From Elusimicrobiota bacterium (GTDB taxonomy: Bacteria > Elusimicrobiota > Elusimicrobia > UBA1565 > UBA9628): a stretch of DNA of 64,000 nucleotides. Of the stretch, positions 27,048 through 36,705 are shown piece by piece (the first letter of the stretch is position 1; each line of letters opens with the position of its first letter). The stretch covers positions 3,993 through 67,992 of the forward strand of contig JAPLKL010000044.1 of NCBI GenBank assembly GCA_026388095.1, read 5' to 3'. Below the pieces are notes generated by a model. The model had not been told where the DNA came from, did no database searches, and saw nothing but the letters and a program-made list of their open reading frames with translations. Made by a program: the position numbers and the translations under genes.

Positions 27048-27881
27048 ATGAACAAGCACGCGCCCGGACCCGAGCCGCAGCCCGAGAAGTCCCTGCCGGA
27101 GGGCGTCCGGCATATCGTGGCAGTAGGCGCGGGAAAGGGCGGGGTGGGCAAGTCCACGGTCGCGGTCAACCTGGCCGTGGCCCTGGCCGCGGAAGGGCTC
27201 AAGGTCGGGCTCCTGGACGCCGACGTCTACGGCCCCAACCTGCCGCAGATGATGGGGGTCTTGAACCACGTGCCCCGGCTGGGCGAGGACGGCAAGATCG
27301 AGCCGGCCGAGGCCCACGGGGTGAAGCTCATGTCCATGGGCTTCCTGCTGGAGGCGGACTCGCCGGTCATCTGGCGCGGGCCTCTGCTGCACGGGGCCAT
27401 GAACCAATTCCTGCGCGACGTGCGCTGGGGCGGGCTCGACGTCCTGGTGGTGGACCTGCCCCCGGGCACGGGCGACGTGCAGCTCTCCGTGGCCCAGACC
27501 GTGCCTCTGGCCGGCGCGGTCATCGTGACCACGCCGCAGAGCATCGCGCTCTGCGACGTGATGAAGGCGGCGGCCATGTTCCGCAAGCTGGAGGTCCCGA
27601 TCTTCGGCGTGGTGGAGAACATGGGCGATTTCGTCTGTCCGCACTGCCGCAAGACCAGCCGCGTCTTCTCGCACGGCGCGGGCAAGAAGTTCTCGCAGAT
27701 GTACGGGGTGCCCCTCTTGGGGGAGATCCCGCTGGACCCGGCCGTGTGTTCGGCCGGGGAGGATGGGAGGCCCTTGTGCGTGGCGCATCCGGAGAGCGCC
27801 CCGGCCAAGGCCCTGCGCGGCCTGGCGCGCGCCGTCGCGGCCCGGCTGGCCATACCGATAGCGAAGAGGCAAGGAGGCTGA
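27048..27881 (+). CDS. apbC: Mrp/ApbC/NBP35-family Fe-S cluster carrier ATPase.
   Basis: GKGGVGKST P-loop; CPHC cluster-binding motif; deviant Walker A. Confidence 0.85.
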   Translation: MNKHAPGPEPQPEKSLPEGVRHIVAVGAGKGGVGKSTVAVNLAVALAAEGLKVGLLDADVYGPNLPQMMGVLNHVPRLGEDGKIEPAEAHGVKLMSMGFLLEADSPVIWRGPLLHGAMNQFLRDVRWGGLDVLVVDLPPGTGDVQLSVAQTVPLAGAVIVTTPQSIALCDVMKAAAMFRKLEVPIFGVVENMGDFVCPHCRKTSRVFSHGAGKKFSQMYGVPLLGEIPLDPAVCSAGEDGRPLCVAHPESAPAKALRGLARAVAARLAIPIAKRQGG

Positions 27882-27882
27882 T

Positions 27883-28371
27883 ATGAGCACGCAGACAGCG
27901 ACCCCAGAGACGACGCCCCTGGCCGCGGGCACCGCGGCGCCGGATTTCCGGCTGCAGGACCAGGACGGCAAGGAGTTCCATCTGGGCGACCATCTGGGCC
28001 AGAAGACGGTCATGCTCTTCTTCTATCCGCTGGACTGGAGTCCGACCTGCTCGAAGGAGAACGCGTGCTTCACGCACAGCCTGGCGCGTTTTCAGGAGTA
28101 CGGCGAGGTGGCGGCCATCTCCAGCGATTCGGTGTATTCCCACCGGGCCTGGGCGGACAAGTTGGGCCTCAAGCACCGCCTGCTCTCGGACATGCACCGC
28201 GCGGTGTCCAAGTCCTACGGACTGTACTTCCCCAAGGCCAACATCAACCAGCGCGCGACCGTGATCATCGGTCGTGACGGCAAGGTGGCCTGGGTCAAGG
28301 TCGAGGCGGACATCACCAAGGAGCGCGACTACAACGAAGTGGAGGCGGTCCTCGCCAAGCTGCCCAAGTGA
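27883..28371 (+). CDS. bcp: Peroxiredoxin (Bcp/AhpC-TSA family).
   Basis: PDFRLQDQDGKEF...FYPLDWSPTCSKE places the peroxidatic Cys in the T-x-x-C context. Confidence 0.8.
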   Translation: MSTQTATPETTPLAAGTAAPDFRLQDQDGKEFHLGDHLGQKTVMLFFYPLDWSPTCSKENACFTHSLARFQEYGEVAAISSDSVYSHRAWADKLGLKHRLLSDMHRAVSKSYGLYFPKANINQRATVIIGRDGKVAWVKVEADITKERDYNEVEAVLAKLPK

Positions 28372-28372
28372 G

Positions 28373-28798
28373 ATGCCCATGACACCTGAACCCAAGAAGG
28401 CCGAGCCGAAGATGGACCCGAATGCCCTTTATCGGGAGGAGGTCTTCACCGACCACCAGGCGGGCACCATCCGCCGCCTCTCGCCGGTGAAGTCCGACGG
28501 TGCTGCGGACGCGGTGCGCAGGACCATATACATCGGGGAAGCCCAACTGCTGACCTCGGCGGGGGCCCTGCCCTTGAGCTTCGAGATCGAGGCGCAGTCC
28601 CTCGGCGACGCCGCCCAGAAATACGGCGAGGGCGTCAAGCAGGCCTATGAGGACGCCCTGGAGGAGTTCCAGGAGCTGCGCCGCCGCGCCAGCTCCGGCT
28701 TGGTCCTCCCGGGGGCCGGCGCCGCGGGTCTGGAAGGCCTGGGCGGCGGGGGCTTGCCTCCGGGCGGGCTTCCCGGCGGCGGGAAGCTGAAGCTCTGA
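28373..28798 (+). CDS. Hypothetical protein with Gly-rich C-terminus.
   Basis: Starts MPMTPEPKKAEPKMDPNALYREEVFTDHQAG. No domain recognised. The upstream part of annotated ORF 28274-28798 overlaps bcp and is rejected. Confidence 0.4.
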   Translation: MPMTPEPKKAEPKMDPNALYREEVFTDHQAGTIRRLSPVKSDGAADAVRRTIYIGEAQLLTSAGALPLSFEIEAQSLGDAAQKYGEGVKQAYEDALEEFQELRRRASSGLVLPGAGAAGLEGLGGGGLPPGGLPGGGKLKL

Positions 28799-28831
28799 GC
28801 TGAAAGACGAGCCAGGCTGGCGAGGCCGGTT

Positions 28832-29488
28832 TTGAGACGAAAGCCCCGGGGCCGCGTCCAACTCCTGAAGGATTTCGTCACCTTTCCCCTGCGCGCGCTG
28901 ACCCTGTTCCACAATGACCGGTGGGGCCTGTCCGCGCTTTCCTCCGAGCGGTTCGAGTATGTCGGGCGGGAGGTGAGAGGTCGCTGTCTGGACGTGGGCT
29001 GCGGCCGGAGCAACCGGTTCGTGCAGGAGTTCCTGGGCGGCCACGGCAAGGGCATCGACGTTTTCAGGTATGAAGGACTGGCTCGGGACGAAGTCGTCGC
29101 GGACCTCTGTCGCTTCCCCTTCCCGGATGCCTCCTTCGATTCCGTCACGTTCATCGCGAATCTGAACCACGTGCCGCGCTCGAAAAGAGACATCGAGTTG
29201 GCGGAGGCGTGGCGATGTCTAAAGCCGGGCGGCGACATCGTGGTGACCATGGGCAACCCGGTCGCCGAGATCCTGGTGCATCAGGTGGTCTGGCTTTACG
29301 ACAAGGTCTTCAGGACCGACTTCGACATGGATACCGAGCGGGGCATGGCGGAAGGAGAGGAGTACTTCTTGCGGGATGCCGAGATCGTCTCACGTCTGGC
29401 CCGGGCGGGGTTCTGCGGCGTCAGGAAAAAATATTTTCCGACGCAATGGGCGCTGAATCACTTGTTCGTCGCGTCGAAGCCGGTCTGA
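28832..29488 (+). CDS. Class I SAM-dependent methyltransferase.
   Basis: CLDVGCGRSNRF motif I and LKPGGDIVV post-II. Confidence 0.65.
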   Translation: MRRKPRGRVQLLKDFVTFPLRALTLFHNDRWGLSALSSERFEYVGREVRGRCLDVGCGRSNRFVQEFLGGHGKGIDVFRYEGLARDEVVADLCRFPFPDASFDSVTFIANLNHVPRSKRDIELAEAWRCLKPGGDIVVTMGNPVAEILVHQVVWLYDKVFRTDFDMDTERGMAEGEEYFLRDAEIVSRLARAGFCGVRKKYFPTQWALNHLFVASKPV

Positions 29489-30846
29489 GCGAAGAGCCAG
29501 CGCAATAGCCGCAGTCCGCTGCGGGCGAGGTCCAGGAACCCGCGGGGCCTGAGCGCTGTTTTCAAGAGATAGCCGGGCCGGAAGTAGAACCTGCGGTAGG
29601 CCTGGCTCATGATGCGTTTGAGCCGCGCCTCGGTCCAATGGCCCGTGATGAGCAGGGGCCTGGTCTGCCCGTATTCCTCGGGCGCCGGCCCGGGGCCTTC
29701 CCGGTACCAGCCGTTTTTTACCGCCAGGTCGTAGAGGTCTGTGCCGGGCAAGGGGCTGAGGCTGCCGAACTGGGCGTAGTCTATGCCCAGTTCGACAGCG
29801 AACTCCACGGTCTGGAGTTCCTCTTCATGGGTCTCGACGGGGATGCCGAGGATGAAGTAGCCGAGGACCTTGATGCCGGCCTTCTTGGTCTTGGCCACGG
29901 CGTCCTTGACTTGCTCGACCTTGATCCCTTTGCGCAGCCAGTCGAGTCCTTTCTGGTGCGCGGTCTCGATGCCGAAGGCGATCTGGACGCAGCCGGCTTT
30001 CTTCATCCAGGAGAGCAGCTCGTCGTCCACGGTGTTGGCGCGGCATTCGCACTTCCAGCGTATCTTGAGGCCGCTGTCGATGATGAGGCGGCAGAGTCGG
30101 ATGACGCGCTCGCGGTCCAAGGAGAAGAGGTCGTCGTAGAACATGAAGGCTGTGACGTCGTGCTTTGAATGAAGGGCCTCAATTTCCTTTATAACGTTTT
30201 CAGGGCTGCGGGGGCGGTATTTGCTGCCGCACACGGTCTTGTCGCAGAAGATGCATTGGTAGGGGCAGCCGCGGCTGGAGAATATGGTGGCGAGACGTTC
30301 GCCCGGGAACAAGGGATGGCGGTAGCGCTCCATGGGCATGAGGTCCCAGGCTGGGAAGGGGAGCTGGTCCGGGTCCTTGATCGAGGCGGGTGCCGAGTCG
30401 TGGCTTTTGGTGATCACGCCTGGGAAACCGGTGCCGGTGTCTCCGGCCAAGAGCGCCTTTGCGAACCGGGGGAAGCTCTCTTCGGCTTCGCCGCGGAAGC
30501 CGAAGTCGAGCTCCGGGCATTGTTCGAAGATCTTGCGGCTGACGGCGCTGGGGTGGGCTCCGCCGAGCGCGAGCCAGCGGGCGTGGGGGCGCAGGCTCTT
30601 GGCCAGCCGATAGGCGGCGCCGGAGAGGGGGGTTGTGGCTGTGATGCCTACGAGCTCGGGTCTGAGTCTTGCGACTTCTTGTGCGACGGCGTCATGATCG
30701 AGGCCGAGGGCGACGGCGTCGATGATCTGTGTTCCCAGGCCGGCTTGGCGCAGGGATGCGGCGAGGTAGCCTAGGCCGAGGCTGGGGATGACAAGAGAGG
30801 CGCTCTTGCCGGGGATGGGGGGATTGATGAGGGCGATCATGGGCAT
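29458..30846 (-). CDS. B12-binding-domain radical SAM protein.
   Basis: N-terminal B12-binding (Rossmann-like) region. CPYQCIFCDK is the CxxxCxxC radical-SAM motif. Confidence 0.85.
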   Translation of the reverse strand: MPMIALINPPIPGKSASLVIPSLGLGYLAASLRQAGLGTQIIDAVALGLDHDAVAQEVARLRPELVGITATTPLSGAAYRLAKSLRPHARWLALGGAHPSAVSRKIFEQCPELDFGFRGEAEESFPRFAKALLAGDTGTGFPGVITKSHDSAPASIKDPDQLPFPAWDLMPMERYRHPLFPGERLATIFSSRGCPYQCIFCDKTVCGSKYRPRSPENVIKEIEALHSKHDVTAFMFYDDLFSLDRERVIRLCRLIIDSGLKIRWKCECRANTVDDELLSWMKKAGCVQIAFGIETAHQKGLDWLRKGIKVEQVKDAVAKTKKAGIKVLGYFILGIPVETHEEELQTVEFAVELGIDYAQFGSLSPLPGTDLYDLAVKNGWYREGPGPAPEEYGQTRPLLITGHWTEARLKRIMSQAYRRFYFRPGYLLKTALRPRGFLDLARSGLRLLRWLFAQTGFDATNK

Positions 30847-30958
30847 CGTCGGGGATAATATACCATGCTCGGGGCAGCGGCGGCGGCCAAGACGTGGAAA
30901 GCCCCGGAGAGCGAAGCTCTCCGGGGCTTTCCCGGATACGGGCCAGGCGGCCGAAAGA

Positions 30959-33043
30959 CTACGTCGCCTTCGGCGGGATCTTCCCCGAATCCTGCGGCGC
31001 CAACCGCATCCCGCTGGCCATGAGGCTGGCCATGAACGCCGAGAGCATGTTGGCCCCGTCTCCCTGCGCCCCCGACACCACGATGTCCGGCGTGATCTTC
31101 ACCTTGCCGCTGGAGACCTGCTTCATCACCTCGATCATGGCCAGCGGCGCCTGCCCCAGCGCCAGCGCCTGCTTGGTGTAGGCCTCGGCCGTGGCGTGGC
31201 CGATGGCCCGGATCTTCTCGCCCTCGGCCCGCCCCACCGCCTCGATGCCCGCCGCCACGCCCTCCTGCTCCAGCTTGGTGGCCGCGCCGCGGCCCTCGGC
31301 CCCGATGATCAGCCCGGCCTTCTGCTGGGTCGCGATCTGCACGTCGATCTCAGCCTTCACCAGGCTCGGCTGCAAATCCGCCTGGGCCTTGGTCTTCTCC
31401 ATCTCGCGCCGGCGCGACTCCGCCTCCTGCTGGGCGTCGAACATGGATTTCTGCTGGGTGGCCACCACCTTGTTGGTCAAGGTCTGCATCAGCCGCTCGG
31501 GCAGCATGATCTGGCAGATGAGCACGCTCACGCACTCCACGTGGTAGCGCCGCAGCTCCTCCTGCACGTGCTGCTCCGCCATCTGCTGCTGCTCGTGGCG
31601 GTCCTGCATGAACTTCATCGCCTCGGTGGCCGAGGCCTGGTTGCGGTACGAGCTGTCGATGAGCGGATGGATGACGTGCTCGATGAGGTTCTCGATGGTC
31701 CCGATGCGCGCCACCATGTGCGGCGCCTGCTGGGGCAGGACCCGGATGATGACCTTGACCTCGACCGTCATCTCGAAGCCGTCCTTGGACACGATGGCCA
31801 GAGGGTCGAAGGCGCGCGGGCCTTCCTTGCCCTCGGTCTTGCCCGAGGCCCAGTCGATGGTGATGTTGGTCGTGGGGATGATGTGCGGGGTGTAGGCCAG
31901 CTTGTTGAGATAATAGGTCCCCGGCCCCGCCACCTCGCGCTGGATGCCGCGGTAGCCCGCGTCGACCACGTAGCGCTCCATGCCGTATTTGAGAGCCTCA
32001 TCGGACTTCGCGTCCGTTTTCGCGGCTGAGCCGTCCGTGGCCGGGTCCTTGCCGATGTTGGAGACGATGACCGCCACCTCGCCGCGCTGGACCACGGCCA
32101 CGTCGTCGAGAGAGGCGTCGAACATCAGCGGGTTGATGTAATAGGTCCCGGGCCGCAGGAAGTCCAGCTGAGGGCCGCGCTGGCCGGCGTTGGACAGGAA
32201 GCCCGCCGCGTCCTGGTAGTCCCGGTGTCCGGGCACGATTTTGCCCACGTACTCGGTCGGGGGCAAGGGGTCGCCGTCCCGGGCGGTGATGAGGCCCACC
32301 TTCTTGGTGGGCACGACCGTGGCTTCCCGAACCTCGACCTTGAAGAGTTTGGTGTTGACGCGGTAGGTGCCGGGCAGGAGGATGTCGATCTGGGGGCCCT
32401 TCTGCCCGCCTTTCTCGATGAAGGCCTGGCCGTCCTGGAAGTTGTTGTGCCCGTCCACCTTCCGGCCGAGCAGGCGGCCCGGCGCGATGGGCTGGCCGTC
32501 CGCGGCCACGACCACCCCGATATGGCTGTTGGAGATGTTGACGGCCGGCACCTTGTCCACGCGGAAGAGGTAGGGGTTGATCCGGTAGAAGCCCGGAGGC
32601 AGGACCTGGAGTTGGGGGCCTTTCTCGCCGCCGTTGGTGAGGAAGGCGGGGGCGTCCTGGAAGAGGTTGTGCCCCGTGACGACCCGGGCGAAGATGCTGC
32701 CGGGCGGGACGGGGCTGCCGTCGATGGACTCGATCAAGCCGACCTCGTTCTCGCCCACCACGAACATGGGGTGCTTCTCCGTGCGGTAGAGGAAGGGGAT
32801 CAGGAAATGCAGGCCCGGGCCGAGGATGCGCGCCTGGATGCCCACCTCATCGGCCATGGCCACGACGCGGCCGTCCGGCATGGAGCGGCCGAGCCAGCGG
32901 CGCTCCAGCACCGCCACCTGGGTTCCGCCGACGACGACGATGGAGTTGTAGGCGAACCAGAGGGTGAGGATGATGGCCACGGCCACGCCCAGGCCCGTCA
33001 CGGAAAGGCCGAGGATGCCGGCGAAGGCTGTCACGATGTTCAT
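30959..33043 (-). CDS. Flotillin-like SPFH (band-7) protein with N-terminal TM and three internal ~70-aa repeats.
   Basis: 694 aa. TM GLGVAVAIILTLWFAYNSIVVV. Repeated GHNLFQD...GGEKGPQ...PGFYRINPYLF units x3. C-terminal flotillin coiled-coil (EAESRRREMEKTKAQADLQ...). The repeat is also visible at DNA level (32056-32746). Confidence 0.75.
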   Translation of the reverse strand: MNIVTAFAGILGLSVTGLGVAVAIILTLWFAYNSIVVVGGTQVAVLERRWLGRSMPDGRVVAMADEVGIQARILGPGLHFLIPFLYRTEKHPMFVVGENEVGLIESIDGSPVPPGSIFARVVTGHNLFQDAPAFLTNGGEKGPQLQVLPPGFYRINPYLFRVDKVPAVNISNSHIGVVVAADGQPIAPGRLLGRKVDGHNNFQDGQAFIEKGGQKGPQIDILLPGTYRVNTKLFKVEVREATVVPTKKVGLITARDGDPLPPTEYVGKIVPGHRDYQDAAGFLSNAGQRGPQLDFLRPGTYYINPLMFDASLDDVAVVQRGEVAVIVSNIGKDPATDGSAAKTDAKSDEALKYGMERYVVDAGYRGIQREVAGPGTYYLNKLAYTPHIIPTTNITIDWASGKTEGKEGPRAFDPLAIVSKDGFEMTVEVKVIIRVLPQQAPHMVARIGTIENLIEHVIHPLIDSSYRNQASATEAMKFMQDRHEQQQMAEQHVQEELRRYHVECVSVLICQIMLPERLMQTLTNKVVATQQKSMFDAQQEAESRRREMEKTKAQADLQPSLVKAEIDVQIATQQKAGLIIGAEGRGAATKLEQEGVAAGIEAVGRAEGEKIRAIGHATAEAYTKQALALGQAPLAMIEVMKQVSSGKVKITPDIVVSGAQGDGANMLSAFMASLMASGMRLAPQDSGKIPPKAT

Positions 33044-33075
33044 GCTTTCTCCTTATGCTGTTCTTGCAGACCCTA

Positions 33076-33927
33076 TCATTTCCCATCCTCCGCGACAACC
33101 GTATGCGCGGAGACATAGGCTTTAAGCCGGTCGGCGGAGATGACGTCGCAGGCGCAAGTGGGGCATTCCTTCCTGTCGACCGTCAGAAGCTGCTTGCAGC
33201 GGGGGCAGACTCGGATGACGGATGGGTCCACGAATCCGGCGAGCTTGGAGAGGGTCATGATGGCGCCGCAGGGACAGGTGTCCTCGGAGCAGGGCTTGGC
33301 GCAGCGGGGACACGGGATGGGACGGCGCGCGGGCTCGAAGGAGATTCCGCAGTCTTGGCAGCGAGGGGCTTGCGGGGAGTTCCCCGTTCCGCAGACCGGG
33401 CAGGCCGCGAGGGCGTCTTCCTTGGGCGCGGCTCCGGCTGCGTCGGGGAGGCATTCTTGGCAGCTGGTCTCCACGGCGAGCTCCAAGGGCATGCCGGCCT
33501 CCAGCTTCTCCAGGATCTTGCGGCTCAGGATCTGGCTCAGATCATGCGGGGCGGGGGCGGTGGGGCTCTCGGCGGCAGGGGTTTCTTCTTGAGCGGCCGC
33601 AGCCGGGCTTGGATGTTCGGCGAGCTCCACGCCGCATTCGGTGCAGACTCCTCTTCCGTCTCCGGATTCCTCGACTTTTCCGCCGCATTCGGGGCAGCCT
33701 GCGGGCTCGGGACTGTTGGACATTGGCAGGCCGCACTGATCGCAGAAGGCCGCGTCCGCGTCATTGTCCGCGCCGCAGGCCGGGCAGGCTGAGGCTGGGG
33801 CCTTGACCGTCTGGGACGGCTCCGGCGCAGGGCTCTCTCGTGGGGCTTTTTTCAGGGACTCTAGGCAGTGATAGCAGACCTGGCAGCCGTCGTTATTGTC
33901 TTTGCCGCATTTTGGACAACGGATCAT
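33076..33927 (-). CDS. Multi-zinc-ribbon protein, upstream partner of flotillin.
   Basis: 283 aa with at least 6 CxxC...CxxC pairs (CPKCG, CPACG, CPECG, CTECG, CPVCG, CPRC). Confidence 0.6.
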   Translation of the reverse strand: MIRCPKCGKDNNDGCQVCYHCLESLKKAPRESPAPEPSQTVKAPASACPACGADNDADAAFCDQCGLPMSNSPEPAGCPECGGKVEESGDGRGVCTECGVELAEHPSPAAAAQEETPAAESPTAPAPHDLSQILSRKILEKLEAGMPLELAVETSCQECLPDAAGAAPKEDALAACPVCGTGNSPQAPRCQDCGISFEPARRPIPCPRCAKPCSEDTCPCGAIMTLSKLAGFVDPSVIRVCPRCKQLLTVDRKECPTCACDVISADRLKAYVSAHTVVAEDGK

Positions 33928-34024
33928 GAGCCGCCTCCCGGATGCTGGAGAAGTGATTATAGCGTACCTGGGGCTGATCCCGCCGCTGCGGCCGCGGTCA
34001 GATTGATATAATGCACTCCATTCG

Positions 34025-35986
34025 ATGAAGCCCCGGCTGGCTCTCTTCCTCGCCGTACCCGCAGTCTGGGCCGCGCTCCATTACGGCGTCCTCGCCTACA
34101 TCTTCCTCCATCCTGCCTCGATCAGTCTCTCGATCTTCACCCAAACCCTCAAAGTCCTGGCCCGCCTGGCCGTCATAGCCTGGCTGCTCGCCGCCTCCAT
34201 GGGCCTCGGCCGCATCCTCCTAAAGCCCCTCGCTTTGCCCTACGCGGACCAAGCCGAGCGCTCCATCCTCGAAGCCGGCCTCGGCCTCGGCCTCCTCAGC
34301 CACACCCTCTTCATGTTCGGACTCCTGCACCTCTGGAAGCCCGCGCCCTTGGCCGTCCTATTCGTCCTGATGACCATGACCGCATGGACAGCCGCGCGGC
34401 CCCTGTGGAACAAGCTCTCCATCCCGACACGACTGACCTGGCCCCAAGCTCTCTTCGCCGCGCCCATCTTCCTGGCCGCCCTCTACGGCCTCATCTCGGC
34501 CAATGCCCCGCCCACGGAATGGGACTCTTTGGCCGTCCACCTCGAGCTCCCCAAGCTCTACGCCCAACTCGGACACCTCCTGCCCCTGCGCTGGCTCTCC
34601 CACGGCTTCGACCCCATGGCCGTCGAGATGTTCTACGTCCCGGCCCTCGTCTTCAAGTCCGCCGAGCTGCCCGCGCTGGTCGCTCTTCTTTTCGAAGGCC
34701 TCATGGCCGCCGCCCTCTGGGCCTTGGGCAGCCGCATAAGCTCCCGACCCGCAGCTCTTGCAGCCGTCGCCCTATTCCTTTGCCAGCCCGCCGTCGTCAG
34801 CGTCAGCGGCACGCCCGGAACCGACTTCGGCGTCGGCCTGTTCGCCATGCTCGCCTTCTGGACCGCCTGGCGCGCCGTCGAGACCAGGCAAGGCCGCTGG
34901 CTCATCCTCTCCGGCGCGCTCAGCGGTCTGGCCGCCGTGTCCAAGACCACCGGCGTATTCCTGGCGGCGGCCCTGGCGGCCATGCTCGCCTTCGTCGCGC
35001 TGCGCCAAGAGCGCGCTTTGCGCAAATGGACGCTCGCCTGGGCCGCGGCCGCGGCCCTCTTCGCTTTGCCCTGGTTCCTGCGGACATTCATCTATATGCA
35101 CAATCCCATCTGGCCCTATTTGCCCCAGCTCTTCGGCGGCAGTCCCAGGGATCTCTACATATTCGCACGGCTCAAGGACGCCACCTTGGAAGGCCTCGGC
35201 ACCGGCTGGCGCCAGCTGCTTCTGCTGCCCCTGCACCTCATCTTCGAGGACCCGGACACCTTCCACCATTCCAGCCGGGAGCTGCTCATCCCCTTCCTCG
35301 CGTTGGGCGCCCTCAACTGGCGCAGCGCCTGCAAAGACCCTTTCGCCAAGTGGTCTTTCGCCTATCTGGGCCTCTTCACGCTCCTGTGGTTCCAAGCCGT
35401 GCAGAACTGGCGCTACTTCATCCCGCTCATGCCGTGGCTCTGCCTGCTCACCTGCGGCTGGGCCGAGCGGACCTGGCGGCAGGCAGGCTGGCGCGCGGGC
35501 GCGGCCTGCGTGCTCGCAGTCGGTTTCATCGCGGTCCCGGCCCTGTCCGCCAACAACGCCCTTTTCCCGGTGCTCGGACTGAGGCCCCAAGACCCCCGGC
35601 AAAGCCCGCAGGACGCGTATCTGAGCCGCAACATCGATTCCTATCCGGCCATGGCCTATATCAACCAAACGTTCCCGGCGGATGCCCGCATCCTCCTCTA
35701 CCGGGAGGTCCGGCCCTTCTACCTCGACCGCTATGTCCTCATCGGCGACCCCCAGAACGAGATGCTCATCCGCTATGAAGAGCGCGACACGCCCGAAGAG
35801 CTCTACCGGCGGCTGCGCGAGCTCGGCCTGACCGCGGTTCTCGTCGATCCCCATCTGGAGACCTTCAGCACGCGCGTGCCGGGCTTCATGCGCGCCGAAG
35901 CCTTGCTGAGGACCGTGCTGCAGCGCTACGCCGCACCCCCCGTCGACATCAACGGCGTCTGGATCTATTCTTGGAGGACGCCGTGA
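34025..35986 (+). CDS. GT-C glycosyltransferase (family 39/83-like, PMT/ArnT-type polyprenyl-phosphate-sugar-dependent transferase) with C-terminal periplasmic domain.
   Basis: 653 aa, about 11 TM. The first periplasmic loop has a DxD/TEWDS-like motif. Confidence 0.65.
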   Translation: MKPRLALFLAVPAVWAALHYGVLAYIFLHPASISLSIFTQTLKVLARLAVIAWLLAASMGLGRILLKPLALPYADQAERSILEAGLGLGLLSHTLFMFGLLHLWKPAPLAVLFVLMTMTAWTAARPLWNKLSIPTRLTWPQALFAAPIFLAALYGLISANAPPTEWDSLAVHLELPKLYAQLGHLLPLRWLSHGFDPMAVEMFYVPALVFKSAELPALVALLFEGLMAAALWALGSRISSRPAALAAVALFLCQPAVVSVSGTPGTDFGVGLFAMLAFWTAWRAVETRQGRWLILSGALSGLAAVSKTTGVFLAAALAAMLAFVALRQERALRKWTLAWAAAAALFALPWFLRTFIYMHNPIWPYLPQLFGGSPRDLYIFARLKDATLEGLGTGWRQLLLLPLHLIFEDPDTFHHSSRELLIPFLALGALNWRSACKDPFAKWSFAYLGLFTLLWFQAVQNWRYFIPLMPWLCLLTCGWAERTWRQAGWRAGAACVLAVGFIAVPALSANNALFPVLGLRPQDPRQSPQDAYLSRNIDSYPAMAYINQTFPADARILLYREVRPFYLDRYVLIGDPQNEMLIRYEERDTPEELYRRLRELGLTAVLVDPHLETFSTRVPGFMRAEALLRTVLQRYAAPPVDINGVWIYSWRTP

Positions 35987-36705
35987 GGATCGCGCTCATC
36001 CCCATCTACAACGAGGAGACCACGCTCTCCGGGGTCCTGCAGTCCGCCAGCCGCTGGGCGGACTACCTGGTCCTGGTCGACGACGGCTCCTTGGACGGCT
36101 CCGCCCGCATCGCCCGCGATTGGTGCCTCAAGCGCGGGGCCAAGGGCGCCTTCATCGCCTTGCCCGAGAACCAGGGTATGGGCGCGGCGCTCAAGGCGGG
36201 CTTCATCCATATCGCGCGCGGCCTCGAAGCCGGACATTGGCGGCCCCAGGACCTGGTCGTGTTCGTGGACGCCGACGGGCAGTACCAGGACGCCGCCCCC
36301 CTGAGGCTCTGCGCCCATGTGGAGAGCCGCGGCTGCGACGTGGCCTCGGTGCGCCGCGATTTCTCCCTCTACCCCTTCTACAAGCGCTTGGGCAACAGCC
36401 TGCTCAGCCTCTGGGCCGGCCTCTTGTGCGGACAGCGCTTCTACGACATCGAAGCCGGCATGCGGGTCATGAAGGCCGGGATGATCCCGAGCCTGTTGGA
36501 GTACTTCATGGGCTTGCGCTACAGCTGCTCGCAGGAGATCGGGATCATCTCGGTCCTGCTGGGCTTCAAAGTGGACAACACCCTCGTCCAGCCCGTGAGC
36601 TACTACCGCTCCCGGACCCGGATCATCGACTTCCTGGCCAACGCAGCGGTGGGGCTCATCGCGAGCCTGCGGGTGCGTTTTCGGCGCAAGGTCTCCGGTA
36701 CGTGA
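35983..36705 (+). CDS. GT2 polyprenyl-phosphate glycosyltransferase (DPM1/GtrB/ArnC-like).
   Basis: IALIPIYNEE and VLVDDGSLDGS DxD region. C-terminal TM helix. GTGA start/stop overlap with the GT-C gene. Confidence 0.75.
   Translation: MRIALIPIYNEETTLSGVLQSASRWADYLVLVDDGSLDGSARIARDWCLKRGAKGAFIALPENQGMGAALKAGFIHIARGLEAGHWRPQDLVVFVDADGQYQDAAPLRLCAHVESRGCDVASVRRDFSLYPFYKRLGNSLLSLWAGLLCGQRFYDIEAGMRVMKAGMIPSLLEYFMGLRYSCSQEIGIISVLLGFKVDNTLVQPVSYYRSRTRIIDFLANAAVGLIASLRVRFRRKVSGT

Noticed and set aside
28274-28372. Upstream extension of ORF 28274-28798 overlapping the peroxiredoxin 3' end.
   Set aside because: Different frame overlapping a well-supported gene. The internal ATG at 28373 directly after the bcp stop is the plausible start.
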